DNA of 64,000 nt from Candidatus Woesearchaeota archaeon (GTDB lineage: Archaea; Nanobdellota; Nanobdellia; Woesearchaeales; JAHWIC01): NCBI GenBank assembly GCA_019322805.1, contig JAHWIC010000001.1, positions 132,150 to 196,149 on the forward strand, in the 5' to 3' direction. A program made the translations under genes and the position numbers. Numbering within the stretch: the stretch's first letter is position 1; every line of letters starts with the position of its first letter. The notes beneath the pieces were generated by a model. The model was not told the origin of the DNA and did no database searches. It worked only from the letters and a program-made list of their open reading frames with translations. Shown here piece by piece: positions 1 to 9,349 of the stretch.

Positions 1-1473
1 GTTCTTTAACTTTATTGTCCTTATAACTATACAGCTGTCAAAATCACCATTAGGAGTTATATAACCAACTGAGCCGCCATAAAAGCCTCGCTTTGTTTTT
101 TCGACCTGTCTTATCAATTTCATAGCTTCTATTTTTGGTGCTCCTGTTAATGTACCCATATTCATTGAAGCTAGGTAAGCATGCAATGCATCAAGGTCTT
201 CTTTTAATTCACCTTTTACTGTTGAGACAAGATGCTGTACATGGCTGTATTTTTCAACTATGAATGGCTCAGTTGTTACCCTTGTTCCTGGTTTGCTTAT
301 TCTGGCTACATCATTCCTTGCTAAATCTATGAGCATTGTGTGCTCTGCAAGCTCTTTTCTGTCTATTTTCAGTTCTGTTTCGTATCTTGAATCGAGCTCC
401 GGATCAATTTTATCGTTGATTATGCCTCTTGGCTTTGTTCCTGCTATAGGTCTTATCTCAACTGTTTTTTGCTCTTCACCCTGAACCCTTAAGTACATCT
501 CCGGGCTGGAGCCAATAAGCATCCCATTCTGCCCGTTTATGTAAAACATATATGGGCTCGGGTTAAGGGTTCTTAGTGTCTGGTAAATATCAAGAGGCTC
601 TGCATTGTAGTTTGTTATTATTGTTCTCGAGGGAACAACCTGGAAAACATCCCCCTGGAGGATGTGGCTTTTCAAAACCCTTACTGTGTCTTCAAATTCC
701 CTTTTTTCTGTGTCTGTTTCAATTACTTGTTTCTTTGGCTTTAGCTTCTTTGCTTTCGGTGGCTTGAGCGTAAGGGCTTTTTCATAATTAGCTATTGTTT
801 TAACGCACCTCTCATATATGTCTTTCCTATTGTTGTCTGTTATTAATGCATTTGCTATAAGGTACATCTTTCCTTGTTTGTGGTCAATAAGGAATAGGTT
901 ATCTAGGAAGTATAATTCATAATCAGGATCCTTTAGAATATCTTGTTCGTTTTGCGGTAAATCTTCGAATTGATCGATGAAATCGTATGAGATTGCTCCA
1001 AACAAACCGCAATAGGGCATGATTGGTTTTGATGTTGGTGTGAATTTTAATGCTACAGTTCTTATAATATCCATATGTGTTTTAAGTTTTAATCTTTTGT
1101 CTTCACTTACAACCTTTCTTGCTGGCTTAAGAATGCCTTTTATTGAATTTTTTTTGTAAACTGCTTTATCGCAAAACTTTAGGTCACCTTTCAATGATTT
1201 GATTGCTTTTTCACCCTGGGAATTTAAGGCTTTAATTTCAAACTCTTCCTTATTTCCTGAAACTACTAAGCAAGGATTTGCAGAGCCTAAGCTTAATTCA
1301 CCATACTTAGCTATTATGTCTGCTGATTCAAGCAGTATTGAGTTAGGTTTTCTGCCATAATTTGAGAGTTTTGAGAAGTATTCAATAGCGTTTTCTGGGG
1401 CTTCAACTACCTTAAACACCGGAATTATGGTGTTTAGCTTAGCTCTTTCTATTAGCTCTTTAAACTGTTCCAT
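1..1473 (-). CDS. trpE: Chorismate-binding enzyme, anthranilate synthase component I-like (TrpE/PabB family). It is partial: the C-terminus runs off the window start. An alternative upstream ATG lies at 1650.
   Basis: The reverse-strand frame stays open from 1650 down to position 1. The translation ends ...DLARNDVARISKPGTRVTTEPFIVEKYSHVQHLVSTVKGEL...GTLTGAPKIEAMKLIRQVEKTKRGFYGGSVGYITPNGDFDSCIVIRT, which carries the classic chorismate-utilising motif (GAPK...RG.Y.G.GY). The N-terminal part (IIPVF...ILLES...G..S) fits TrpE. It is absent from the ORF track because the ORF is truncated at the window edge. Confidence 0.75.
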   Translation of the reverse strand, partial: MEQFKELIERAKLNTIIPVFKVVEAPENAIEYFSKLSNYGRKPNSILLESADIIAKYGELSLGSANPCLVVSGNKEEFEIKALNSQGEKAIKSLKGDLKFCDKAVYKKNSIKGILKPARKVVSEDKRLKLKTHMDIIRTVALKFTPTSKPIMPYCGLFGAISYDFIDQFEDLPQNEQDILKDPDYELYFLDNLFLIDHKQGKMYLIANALITDNNRKDIYERCVKTIANYEKALTLKPPKAKKLKPKKQVIETDTEKREFEDTVRVLKSHILQGDVFQVVPSRTIITNYNAEPLDIYQTLRTLNPSPYMFYINGQNGMLIGSSPEMYLRVQGEEQKTVEIRPIAGTKPRGIINDKIDPELDSRYETELKIDRKELAEHTMLIDLARNDVARISKPGTRVTTEPFIVEKYSHVQHLVSTVKGELKEDLDALHAYLASMNMGTLTGAPKIEAMKLIRQVEKTKRGFYGGSVGYITPNGDFDSCIVIRTIKLKN

Positions 1474-1847
1474 TTTATTGTAAAGTCCTCTATCATCTAT
1501 AAAATGGAACCTACGAACGTTAGTGAGTATGGCTCCATTTTTAATGCGCGAACCCCCTTCCTCTCGTCTAATCCTGGTCTTTATATAAAGTTTTGTGTTT
1601 AATTGCGGGTGGTGAAAGTGGAAATAGGGGTAAATAGGGCTAGATTTCATCCTAAATCACCTAAAAGAGCATATTTTATTAAATAAAGGCTGAATTGTGG
1701 TTTTTTAACTAAATAAATCTTAAAGAAATCTTCAATGTCGCCAAAGACAATCACTTTTCATTTTAAAACCACAATAGAAACTAAGATGAACTTATATTTA
1801 AGGGTGTCGGTTTGGTATATTTGAGTTGTTTATAAAGGCCCAGCCAC

Positions 1848-1905
1848 CAATGGCAGTCGACGGTCACCCGTAGGGGGCAACCCCCGCCTCGCCGGCGCCA
1901 TGGCT
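1848..1905. other. GC-rich compound hairpin in an otherwise AT-rich intergenic region. It is either a terminator-like element for the 1911-2411 gene or a small structured RNA.
   Basis: CCAGCCAccAATGGC ... GCCATGGCTGG forms an outer stem that encloses a GGGGGcaaCCCCC hairpin. TTTATTT follows on the plus strand. Confidence 0.3.
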
Positions 1906-1910
1906 GGACT

Positions 1911-2411
1911 TTATTTAAAGATCTGGTTCACAACTTCTAGTGCCTTTTCCCTTTTAGCTGGGAATGCTGCTATGCTAATCTTTATATGAAAGCAGTTACC
2001 AGAATCAGTTATCCAGATTTCATTATTCAGGAGCTTTTCTTTATCCAATCTTATGAAGAAGTTGCGCTCATTATCAAGCCTTGATTCAGCCTGCTTTAGC
2101 AAAAGTTCTTTTTGTTCCTGGCTTAAGGATTCTTTCAGCTTCTCCAAGAAACCGTTTATGTGCCTGTCTTTTTCCAAAACAATCTCATAGGTTTTGATTT
2201 TTTTATTGTTAAAGCCAATTGCTGTATCTTCATTTAGTTTTATTTTTTCTTCTTTTAGGTTAAAATGAACCAGAGAAAGTAACTTGTTGAAGATTTTTTC
2301 GCGATCTTCCTCTTCATGGATGAATACGCTAACCTTTATTTGGTGGGCGAGTTTCATAGCAAGGTTTTGTTTTTCGTTATTTAATAATCTTTTCATCAAT
2401 TTAAAAATCAA
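1911..2411 (-). CDS. Conserved hypothetical protein; I could not place it confidently in a family.
   Basis: 166-aa ORF with native K/E-rich composition, lying convergent with the upstream hairpin. Confidence 0.45.
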   Translation of the reverse strand: MIFKLMKRLLNNEKQNLAMKLAHQIKVSVFIHEEEDREKIFNKLLSLVHFNLKEEKIKLNEDTAIGFNNKKIKTYEIVLEKDRHINGFLEKLKESLSQEQKELLLKQAESRLDNERNFFIRLDKEKLLNNEIWITDSGNCFHIKISIAAFPAKREKALEVVNQIFK

Positions 2412-2676
2412 TATTAAGGATCAATTTAAAAAAATCAATATCAAAAAAATAAATCTGAGTTTTGCCTTCTTCCTTTGTTTAAAGCAAAACTCATCTGCTC
2501 CCGTTTCTTAATGAAAGGGAATAGGATGAAAATTCCTTTAACATGCGATAAAAAGGAATTTTCAGAATTATTTTTTTATTTCATTGATGATTTTTTTACT
2601 GTTCTTAACCCCAATATTTTCAGATTAATTATAAATTTTAGAAACCTTTTTATAAGCGCTCTTTAGATTACAACTT

Positions 2677-3618
2677 ATGAAACACACTCTAAAGATAACA
2701 CTTATTCTTGTAGCAATATTTCTGATATCGCAGGTTGTAGGCTTGGCAATAACAGGCGAGTACATAAACATAGAAGAAAAGACGGTTATTGATGAAACAG
2801 GGAAAGAGGTTGTAGTAAAAGATCTAAGTTATGTTGAACTGCCGTATATAAGCAGGCCTGTTGTTGAGGAAAGCACTTCATTCCTGTATATAATGAGTGC
2901 TGTGTTGATAGGTACTTTGTTGGTATTGATTCTGATAAAATTCAAAAAAGTAAATATCTGGCGCTTTTGGTTTTTCCTTGCTGTATGGATCTGCCTGACA
3001 GTTGCATTAGGGGCTTTTATTCCAAGCAGGATTGCGGCTATTGTTGGATTTGTGTTTGCTGGCTTAAAGGTTTTAAGGCCAACTGTAGTCATACATAATC
3101 TGACTGAGGTGTTTGTTTATGGCGGCTTAGCTGCAATATTTGTTCCAATAATGAATCTGTTTGCTGCTGCTATGCTGCTTGTGTTAATCTCTATCTATGA
3201 TATGTATGCTGTATGGAAAAGCAAACATATGGTCAAACTTGCAAAGTTTGTGTCTAGCTCTAAGTTATTTGCTGGTTTGGCTATTCCTTACAAAAAACCA
3301 AAAAAAGGCAAAATGGTTAAGGTAAAAGAAAAAGCAAAAGGAATTTTAAAGAGGGGTAAGGTGCGCGTAGCAATCTTAGGCGGAGGAGATATAGGATTTC
3401 CATTATTATTCAGCGGAGTGGTTATGAAAACCCTTATCCTTGACAGCTATCTGGTGGGTTTCTTGAAAACATTGATTGTATCTGTTTTTGCAAGTATTGC
3501 ATTACTATGGCTGCTTATCAAAGGAAAGAAAGAGCATTTTTATCCAGCAATGCCTTTCTTGAGTGCTGGATGTTTTTTAGGGTATGCAGTAGTTTTATTG
3601 GTTAGTCTCTTCTTTTGA
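2677..3618 (+). CDS. Presenilin/signal-peptide-peptidase-like intramembrane aspartyl protease (A22 family homolog).
   Basis: Polytopic membrane protein with a YD motif (LISIYDMYAVW), a GxGD motif (AILGGGDIGFPLLF) and a PAL-like motif (FYPAMPF), in the order seen in archaeal presenilin homologs. Confidence 0.55.
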   Translation: MKHTLKITLILVAIFLISQVVGLAITGEYINIEEKTVIDETGKEVVVKDLSYVELPYISRPVVEESTSFLYIMSAVLIGTLLVLILIKFKKVNIWRFWFFLAVWICLTVALGAFIPSRIAAIVGFVFAGLKVLRPTVVIHNLTEVFVYGGLAAIFVPIMNLFAAAMLLVLISIYDMYAVWKSKHMVKLAKFVSSSKLFAGLAIPYKKPKKGKMVKVKEKAKGILKRGKVRVAILGGGDIGFPLLFSGVVMKTLILDSYLVGFLKTLIVSVFASIALLWLLIKGKKEHFYPAMPFLSAGCFLGYAVVLLVSLFF

Positions 3619-4533
3619 TTCTTCTTGAAGAAATATATCTTTCAGGGTTTTTTCGCTGCCAAGAACCTCCTCTGGTTCTTCTACAGTCTGCTGCTCTTCT
3701 GGTGTTTCCTGCGGCTCAGGTTCTTTTGTTATTTCTTCTTTTGGCTCTGGTTCCTTAGATAACTGAGGTTCAGGTTCTTTTTGTTCTGGCTCGGGCTCTT
3801 TCTGCTTAGATTCTTCTTTCTTAACCTCAGTAATCTCTACTCCCTTCTTCTTAGGAAAAGAAACTAATGTTCTTTGACCTTTATCAATAGCATACGAAAG
3901 CGGATTTATTATCATGCCGTCTTTTGCAGCAATTGTCTGCACGCCTGTTTGTTTTTGTATTTCCCTTACTGTATAAAGAGGATCAGCTTCCAGCATCTTT
4001 ATTCCAAAATGAGTTATTATTGCCAGCCTAGGTTTGACTTCCTTGATTATCTTAGCAGCATCCTCGCAGTTTAGATGATCATTTGAATCTGATTTTTTTG
4101 GGTTTGTTACATTAAGGATTAGTATGTTTGAGCCTTTGTACTGCTCTACTAAATCGAGAGAATATGTTGTGTCAGCAAGGTATGATAAAGTAAATTTTGG
4201 GGTAAAAAATTTAAATCCAATTGTATGTGGATCAGAGTGCCTGCACCTTAAAGCCTGGACTTCAACCTCATTTATCCCTACACGCTGGCCAGCCTCTAAA
4301 ACAATAAACCTTTCCAAACAGCCTTTATAGAAGTCAAATAATCTCTGCTGATAATCATCAGAGCCATTTATTACTGTTTTGTTTGCTACAACAACTCCTT
4401 TTTTATCAAAGCCGCGATAAGTCATTGTATCTATAACTGCATTAAGGTCGTTTGAGTGTATTAAATGAGCATGGCTTACAAAAACAGCAGTGTTTGCCCT
4501 TATATTTACACCGCACTGCCTTGCAAATTGCAA
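3595..4533 (-). CDS. MBL-fold metallo-hydrolase with an acidic PE/KE-rich C-terminal tail. The real N-terminus probably lies upstream, near 4668.
   Basis: HAHLIHSND is a metallo-beta-lactamase-type His motif. The in-frame extension upstream to 4674 encodes IASSIIFLGTAGDSFVVGRQIRNSGGIVLNIGENQFHIDPGPG, the typical MBL N-terminal strand, with no ATG/GTG/TTG. The C-terminus carries EPEPK repeats. Confidence 0.6.
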   Translation of the reverse strand: MQFARQCGVNIRANTAVFVSHAHLIHSNDLNAVIDTMTYRGFDKKGVVVANKTVINGSDDYQQRLFDFYKGCLERFIVLEAGQRVGINEVEVQALRCRHSDPHTIGFKFFTPKFTLSYLADTTYSLDLVEQYKGSNILILNVTNPKKSDSNDHLNCEDAAKIIKEVKPRLAIITHFGIKMLEADPLYTVREIQKQTGVQTIAAKDGMIINPLSYAIDKGQRTLVSFPKKKGVEITEVKKEESKQKEPEPEQKEPEPQLSKEPEPKEEITKEPEPQETPEEQQTVEEPEEVLGSEKTLKDIFLQEESKEETNQ

Positions 4534-4792
4534 TGAACCTGGTCCGGGGTCGATATGAAACTGGTTTTCTCCTATATTTAGGACTATTCCGCCGGAATTG
4601 CGTATCTGTCTGCCTACTACAAACGAATCTCCCGCAGTTCCTAAGAATATTATTGACGAAGCTATTTTAACCCCCTAAGAATGATTATTTCTGTAAAGTT
4701 AATAAAAGTTTCGAAATTGCGAAGCAATTTCAAACCTCAAAAATGCGAAGTATTTTTGTTGTTTGTGATTTTTGACGATTTTTGAGTAAGAT

Positions 4793-4800
4793 TTAAAAAA
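4793..4800 (+). promoter_or_regulatory. TATA-like box (TTTAAAAA) about 22-25 nt upstream of the SRP RNA 5' end.
   Basis: Archaeal box-A-like A/T octamer at the expected spacing from the GGGCAAGC start of the RNA. Confidence 0.4.
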
Positions 4801-4821
4801 TCAGGCATATTCTAGGCCTTT

Positions 4822-5097
4822 GGGCAAGCTAGGCTGGGAGGTTAGCGCTCTCCTGTCACTGTAAACACGCTTTAGACAGAGTCGAAGCCCAGGAAAAGAT
4901 ATAGGCGTAGTATATCAGTCTTGATTTGGACTATGAGGCTTTGTCCTATTGGACTGGTGTCTTAAGGAATTGGGTCAGGCTGGGAACAGAGCAGCCCTAA
5001 CTTCTGATATTGGTGCTTTTAGGGTAGCGGAGCTGAGAAGAAATCGAGGTAACTGGTGTATTATGTTTGTATCGATTTTTGGGCGCGCTTGCCCACT
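4822..5097 (+). ncRNA. ffs: Signal recognition particle RNA (7S/SRP RNA).
   Basis: GC-rich ORF-free block about 275 nt long. The 5' GGGCAAGC pairs with the 3' GCTTGCCC as a terminal helix. The helix-8 motif GGTCAGGCTGGGAACAGAGCAGCC closely matches the conserved GUCAGGUCCGGAAGGAAGCAGCC of 4.5S/7S RNA. Confidence 0.75.
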
Positions 5098-5115
5098 TTA
5101 TTTTTCTGAAAGAAC

Positions 5116-6018
5116 TCACTCTACATAACTCAGCCAATCTTCATACTTAGGATTCTTTCCATGAACAATATCAAGGAATTTCTCTTTCAGTTTTGAAGTG
5201 ATTGGTCCTGCTTTTCCGTCTCCTATTCGCTTGTCATCTAATTGAGCTATAGGAGCAACTTCAGCAGCAGTTCCAGTAAAGAAAGCTTCATCTGCATTCT
5301 TCATGTCTTCTGGAGTTAATGTAGTTTCTTCTACTTCAATTCCTTCGTCTTTAGCTAACTGGATTATTGATTTGCGAGTTATTCCTTGCAGAATATTTCC
5401 CAGTTTTGGTGTAAGAATCTTTCCATCCTTAACTATGAAAAAGTTCTCGCCAGGCCCTTCTGCAATATTGCCTTGGTAATCCAGCAATAAAGCTTCCTTG
5501 AAACCAGCAGCTTTAGCCTCACAACTAGCAAAAATAGAGTTAACATAATGACCACAAATCTTGCATTCTGCATGGGTTGATTTAGGATGGATTCTAGTAA
5601 AACTAGATGTTTTAACCTTAACTGCTCCTTCTCCTAAGTATGAACCCCATAGCCAAACTGCAATTGAGCAATTAACGGGTGCTCCATGAGGATCAAGACC
5701 CATTTTTCCATAGCCGTAAAAGAATATTGGCCTTATGTAGCCTGTTTTTATTTTGTTTACTTTAATGGTCTCTAAAATAGCCTTGCTTATCTCTTCCTTT
5801 GTATAAGGAACTTTCATAAAAGCTTTTTTTGCTCCATCAAATAATCTATCAATATGAGCCTTTAATCTAAAAACAGCTGGTCCTTTAGGTGTTTCATAGA
5901 AACGAATGCCTTCAAAAACTCCTAAGCCATAATGCAATGTATGGCAAAGTACATGAATCTTAGCGTCTTTCCAATCAACTAGTTTTCCATCCATCCAGAT
6001 TTTGTCTACTTCGTCCAT
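5116..6018 (-). CDS. ilvE: Branched-chain amino acid aminotransferase.
   Basis: 300 aa with typical IlvE N-terminus (KIWMDGKLVDWKDAKIHVL.HTLHYG.GVFEGIR.Y) and class IV aminotransferase fold motifs. Confidence 0.9.
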   Translation of the reverse strand: MDEVDKIWMDGKLVDWKDAKIHVLCHTLHYGLGVFEGIRFYETPKGPAVFRLKAHIDRLFDGAKKAFMKVPYTKEEISKAILETIKVNKIKTGYIRPIFFYGYGKMGLDPHGAPVNCSIAVWLWGSYLGEGAVKVKTSSFTRIHPKSTHAECKICGHYVNSIFASCEAKAAGFKEALLLDYQGNIAEGPGENFFIVKDGKILTPKLGNILQGITRKSIIQLAKDEGIEVEETTLTPEDMKNADEAFFTGTAAEVAPIAQLDDKRIGDGKAGPITSKLKEKFLDIVHGKNPKYEDWLSYVE

Positions 6019-6069
6019 AATATCCCCCTTAGTCTGAAAAATAACGGATTTTTATTTAAAAACCTTTTG

Positions 6070-6939
6070 TTACAATAAGGACAAAAATTTAAGAATTAGA
6101 GGTATTGTTATTATTGCTAACACGGTGCTGATAAAGACGGTTGAAGCTACAATATGCTGATCACGTTTGTATTTCTCTGAAAGGATTATGGAGAATAATG
6201 CAGCTGGCATTGTTGATTGCAAAATTATTATATTCCTGGTTATACCTGTAATGCCTAAAATAATTACATACAGAATTGATATCAAAAAACCTAAAGCAAA
6301 CCTAGATAATGCTGCTGTTATGGCAGTCTTATAATGATGTATCTTAACAGAAGACAACCGTATGCCTAAAATAATAAGTTGCAAAGGTATTGCTGCCTGA
6401 CCAAGTAAATGTATTGGTTTAAAGATAGCTTCAGGAACAGGAATTTTGTAAACAGCAAATATGATACCAAGAACAACTGCATAAATCAAAGGCAACTTAA
6501 ATATTTCTTGAAAATGAGTTTTTTTAGCTGCTATGTAAACACCAAGGCTAAAGATAATCAAGGAAACTGTCGCACTATAAAGGATTGCTCTAGACAAACC
6601 TCCATCACCAAAAGCAAAAAGAGCAACAGGAAAGCCGATATTAGCTGTATTCATAAACATGATTGGCAGGTACATGCCGCGCTGCTTGAACTTTCTAGCC
6701 TTAAACACAAAGTATAGAATTAGTCCTGCGCCTAGTATAACAACTGCTGCTGATGAAAACAGATGTAAGAAATCTGATAAGATAAATTCATTCTGCACCA
6801 TTGAAGTGAAAACCAATGCCGGGATTGTAAGGTAAACAGATAGACTAACTAAGGGGTCTAGGCTAATTTTCTTTAGTTTACCGAAGATAAAAGATACTAT
6901 TATTACAAAGAAAACAGGGATTATGACATTTAGTACCAT
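6070..6939 (-). CDS. Polytopic membrane permease, AEC (auxin efflux carrier)-like family.
   Basis: 289 aa with about 9-10 hydrophobic helices in an AEC-like layout. Only weak family assignment. Confidence 0.4.
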   Translation of the reverse strand: MVLNVIIPVFFVIIVSFIFGKLKKISLDPLVSLSVYLTIPALVFTSMVQNEFILSDFLHLFSSAAVVILGAGLILYFVFKARKFKQRGMYLPIMFMNTANIGFPVALFAFGDGGLSRAILYSATVSLIIFSLGVYIAAKKTHFQEIFKLPLIYAVVLGIIFAVYKIPVPEAIFKPIHLLGQAAIPLQLIILGIRLSSVKIHHYKTAITAALSRFALGFLISILYVIILGITGITRNIIILQSTMPAALFSIILSEKYKRDQHIVASTVFISTVLAIITIPLILKFLSLL

Positions 6940-6942
6940 TGT

Positions 6943-8586
6943 TTATTTGCCGTAACAGTTTTTTCCTTCAAACTTCTTTCTATAAGCTTCCATCAAAGGA
7001 GTCATCTTTCTTTTTGGCGGCTTTATTTCTTTCAGCCTTTGTTTCATCTCTTTATCAGTAAGCCTTACATCAAGCTTCCTATTGGGAACATCTATATCAA
7101 TTACATCACCATCTTTTATTGCTCCTATTGCACCGCCATTATAAGCTTCCATCTCAACATGGCCAATACATGGTCCTGATGTTCCGCCTGAGAACCTGCC
7201 GTCAGTAATTAAAGCTACTTTCTCATAGCCAGCTCCTTTTATTGCATCTGTTGGCGTTAACATCTCTGGCATTCCTGGCGCTCCTGCAGGTCCCATGAAG
7301 TTCAGGACAATGACATCTCCTTCCTGTATTTTCTTTTGTTCTATTGCTTTTAACAAATCTGGTTCTGATGTAAATACCTTTGCAGGACCTGAATGAACCA
7401 TCATTTCTTCCTGAACTGCTGTTTGTTTTATTACAGAGCTGTTTGCAATATTTCCTTTCAAAACAGCAATTCCTCCTTGTTTAAAATAAGCATTATCCAA
7501 GGTTCTTATTACATCATCATCTAAAACTTTAGCTTCTTTTGCGATTTGCTTTGTTGATTTTCCAGTAACAGTTGGATTGTCATTAAGCATGTCTCTTATT
7601 CTATTCAAAACAGCTGGAATTCCTCCTGCTTTACCTAAATCAGCCATTTCATGTTTTCCAGCTGGAATAATCTTGCAAATATTTGGTGTTTCTCTAGCTA
7701 TTTTATCAAATGTTGAAACATCAATATCTATGCCAAGCTCGCGAGCAATTGCAGGGATATGCAAAACAGCATTTGTTGAGCCGCCCATTGTCATATCAAC
7801 CCTTACAGCATTCTCAAATGCTCCTTTTGTCATGATCTTAGATGGCTTGACATCCTTCTTTGCAAGCTCAACAATTCTTTTGCCTGTTTCATAAGCTTGT
7901 TTTTTCTTTTTAGGATCTAAAGCAAGTGTAGCTGCACAACCTGAAAGAGACATTCCAAGGGTTTCTGTTACACATGCCATTGTGTTTGCTGTATACAATC
8001 CAACACAAGAACCTGCACCACAAACCATGCATTTTCTCATTTGTGCTTCTGCTTCTTTTTCTGTAATTTTTCCTGCTTTTACCTTGCCTGTTAATCCAAA
8101 ACCCTGGATTGGATGGCCTTTTTCTCCTCCCCCAAGCTCTTTAGCTTTCATTGGTCCGCCAGTTAGAATTATTGCAGGAATATCTAAACGTCCAGCAGCC
8201 ATAAGCATGCCTGGAGTTATCTTATCGCAATTTGTAACACCAACCCAGCCATCCATAGAATGTGATATAGCCATAATTTCAATATTATCAGCAATATGCT
8301 CTCTTGATGGTAAGCTTAAGCGCATCTCAACATACATCGCAATTCCATCACAAACACCAGGCACACCCCATTCAAACGGAACTCCGCCAGCATCTCTAAT
8401 GCCGCGCTTAACTTCTTTTGTTAATTCATTAAGATGTATGTGCCCCGGGATGATGTCATTATAAGAATTAGCTACTCCAATGAATGGCTTGTTTGCATCT
8501 ATATCTCCTGGCTTTACACCAGCTGATATAAGCAAAGCTCTATGAGGTAAAGTCTCAGCACCTTTTTTTAAAACTTCTGAACGCAT
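6943..8586 (-). CDS. ilvD: Dihydroxy-acid dehydratase.
   Basis: 547 aa with IlvD/EDD motifs (CDGIAMYVE..., GGPM, CPGTCSG-like GSCVGLYTANTMA). Confidence 0.95.
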   Translation of the reverse strand: MRSEVLKKGAETLPHRALLISAGVKPGDIDANKPFIGVANSYNDIIPGHIHLNELTKEVKRGIRDAGGVPFEWGVPGVCDGIAMYVEMRLSLPSREHIADNIEIMAISHSMDGWVGVTNCDKITPGMLMAAGRLDIPAIILTGGPMKAKELGGGEKGHPIQGFGLTGKVKAGKITEKEAEAQMRKCMVCGAGSCVGLYTANTMACVTETLGMSLSGCAATLALDPKKKKQAYETGKRIVELAKKDVKPSKIMTKGAFENAVRVDMTMGGSTNAVLHIPAIARELGIDIDVSTFDKIARETPNICKIIPAGKHEMADLGKAGGIPAVLNRIRDMLNDNPTVTGKSTKQIAKEAKVLDDDVIRTLDNAYFKQGGIAVLKGNIANSSVIKQTAVQEEMMVHSGPAKVFTSEPDLLKAIEQKKIQEGDVIVLNFMGPAGAPGMPEMLTPTDAIKGAGYEKVALITDGRFSGGTSGPCIGHVEMEAYNGGAIGAIKDGDVIDIDVPNRKLDVRLTDKEMKQRLKEIKPPKRKMTPLMEAYRKKFEGKNCYGK

Positions 8587-8634
8587 AATATCACCTAGAG
8601 AAACAGTATCCTAGAATATTTAAATAGGTTTGTG

Positions 8635-9261
8635 TTACCTAACAAAATTCTCTAACACCCCTATCCCTTCTATCCTGACTTCTACCTTATCCCCGTTTTT
8701 CATCGGGCCAATCCCAGCTGGAGTGCCTGTTGTCACGATGTCTCCTGGCTCTAAAGTCATTACTTCTGATATAAAAGAAATTAGTTTTTCAACCTTGAAG
8801 ATAAAGTTATTTGTGTTTGAGCTTTGGACTATTTTATCATTCAGCAAACATTCAATTTTAAGATTATGCGGATCAATATCTTTCACAATCTTCGGGCCAA
8901 TTGGGCAGAATGTGTCAAATGATTTTGCTCTGGTCCATTGGCCATCTGATTTTTGCAAATCGCGAGCTGTAACATCATTTAAGCAGGTAAACCCTTCCAG
9001 ATTCTTCATGACAAATCTTGGCTCTAGATTTTTTATTTCATTTTTTACAACACATGCAAGCTCTGCTTCATAATCAACTCTTTTTGACATCTTTGGAATC
9101 AGTATTGTATCTTTTGGACCAATTAATGAGGAAACAGGCTTCATGAATAAAAGGGGTTCTTTTGGAAAAGGCATCTTCATTTCTCGAGCATGGTCTTTGT
9201 AGTTTAGTCCGACAGCTACTATTTTTGTTGGTTTTTGTTTGAGAAAGCCGATGTTGGGCAT
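8635..9261 (-). CDS. Fumarylacetoacetate hydrolase (FAH) family protein (2-keto-4-pentenoate hydratase/oxaloacetate decarboxylase-like).
   Basis: 208 aa, KIVAVGLNYKDHA...DYEAELA motif typical of the FAH family. Confidence 0.8.
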   Translation of the reverse strand: MPNIGFLKQKPTKIVAVGLNYKDHAREMKMPFPKEPLLFMKPVSSLIGPKDTILIPKMSKRVDYEAELACVVKNEIKNLEPRFVMKNLEGFTCLNDVTARDLQKSDGQWTRAKSFDTFCPIGPKIVKDIDPHNLKIECLLNDKIVQSSNTNNFIFKVEKLISFISEVMTLEPGDIVTTGTPAGIGPMKNGDKVEVRIEGIGVLENFVR

Positions 9262-9349
9262 ATAGATTTAGGTTTGATTACTACTATTTATATCTTTTTT
9301 TACAACTATAAAGGAAAGATTTATATAATTTATATAATTTTTTTATTAT

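Noticed and set aside
260-767. Two plus-strand ORFs (260-484, 576-767).
   Set aside because: They lie antisense within the much longer, motif-bearing trpE-like frame on the minus strand.
6409-6717. 102-aa plus-strand ORF and similar short antisense ORFs inside ilvD, ilvB, leuA, leuS, gyrA etc.
   Set aside because: Embedded in opposite-strand genes with strong conserved motifs. Basic/odd composition typical of shadows.
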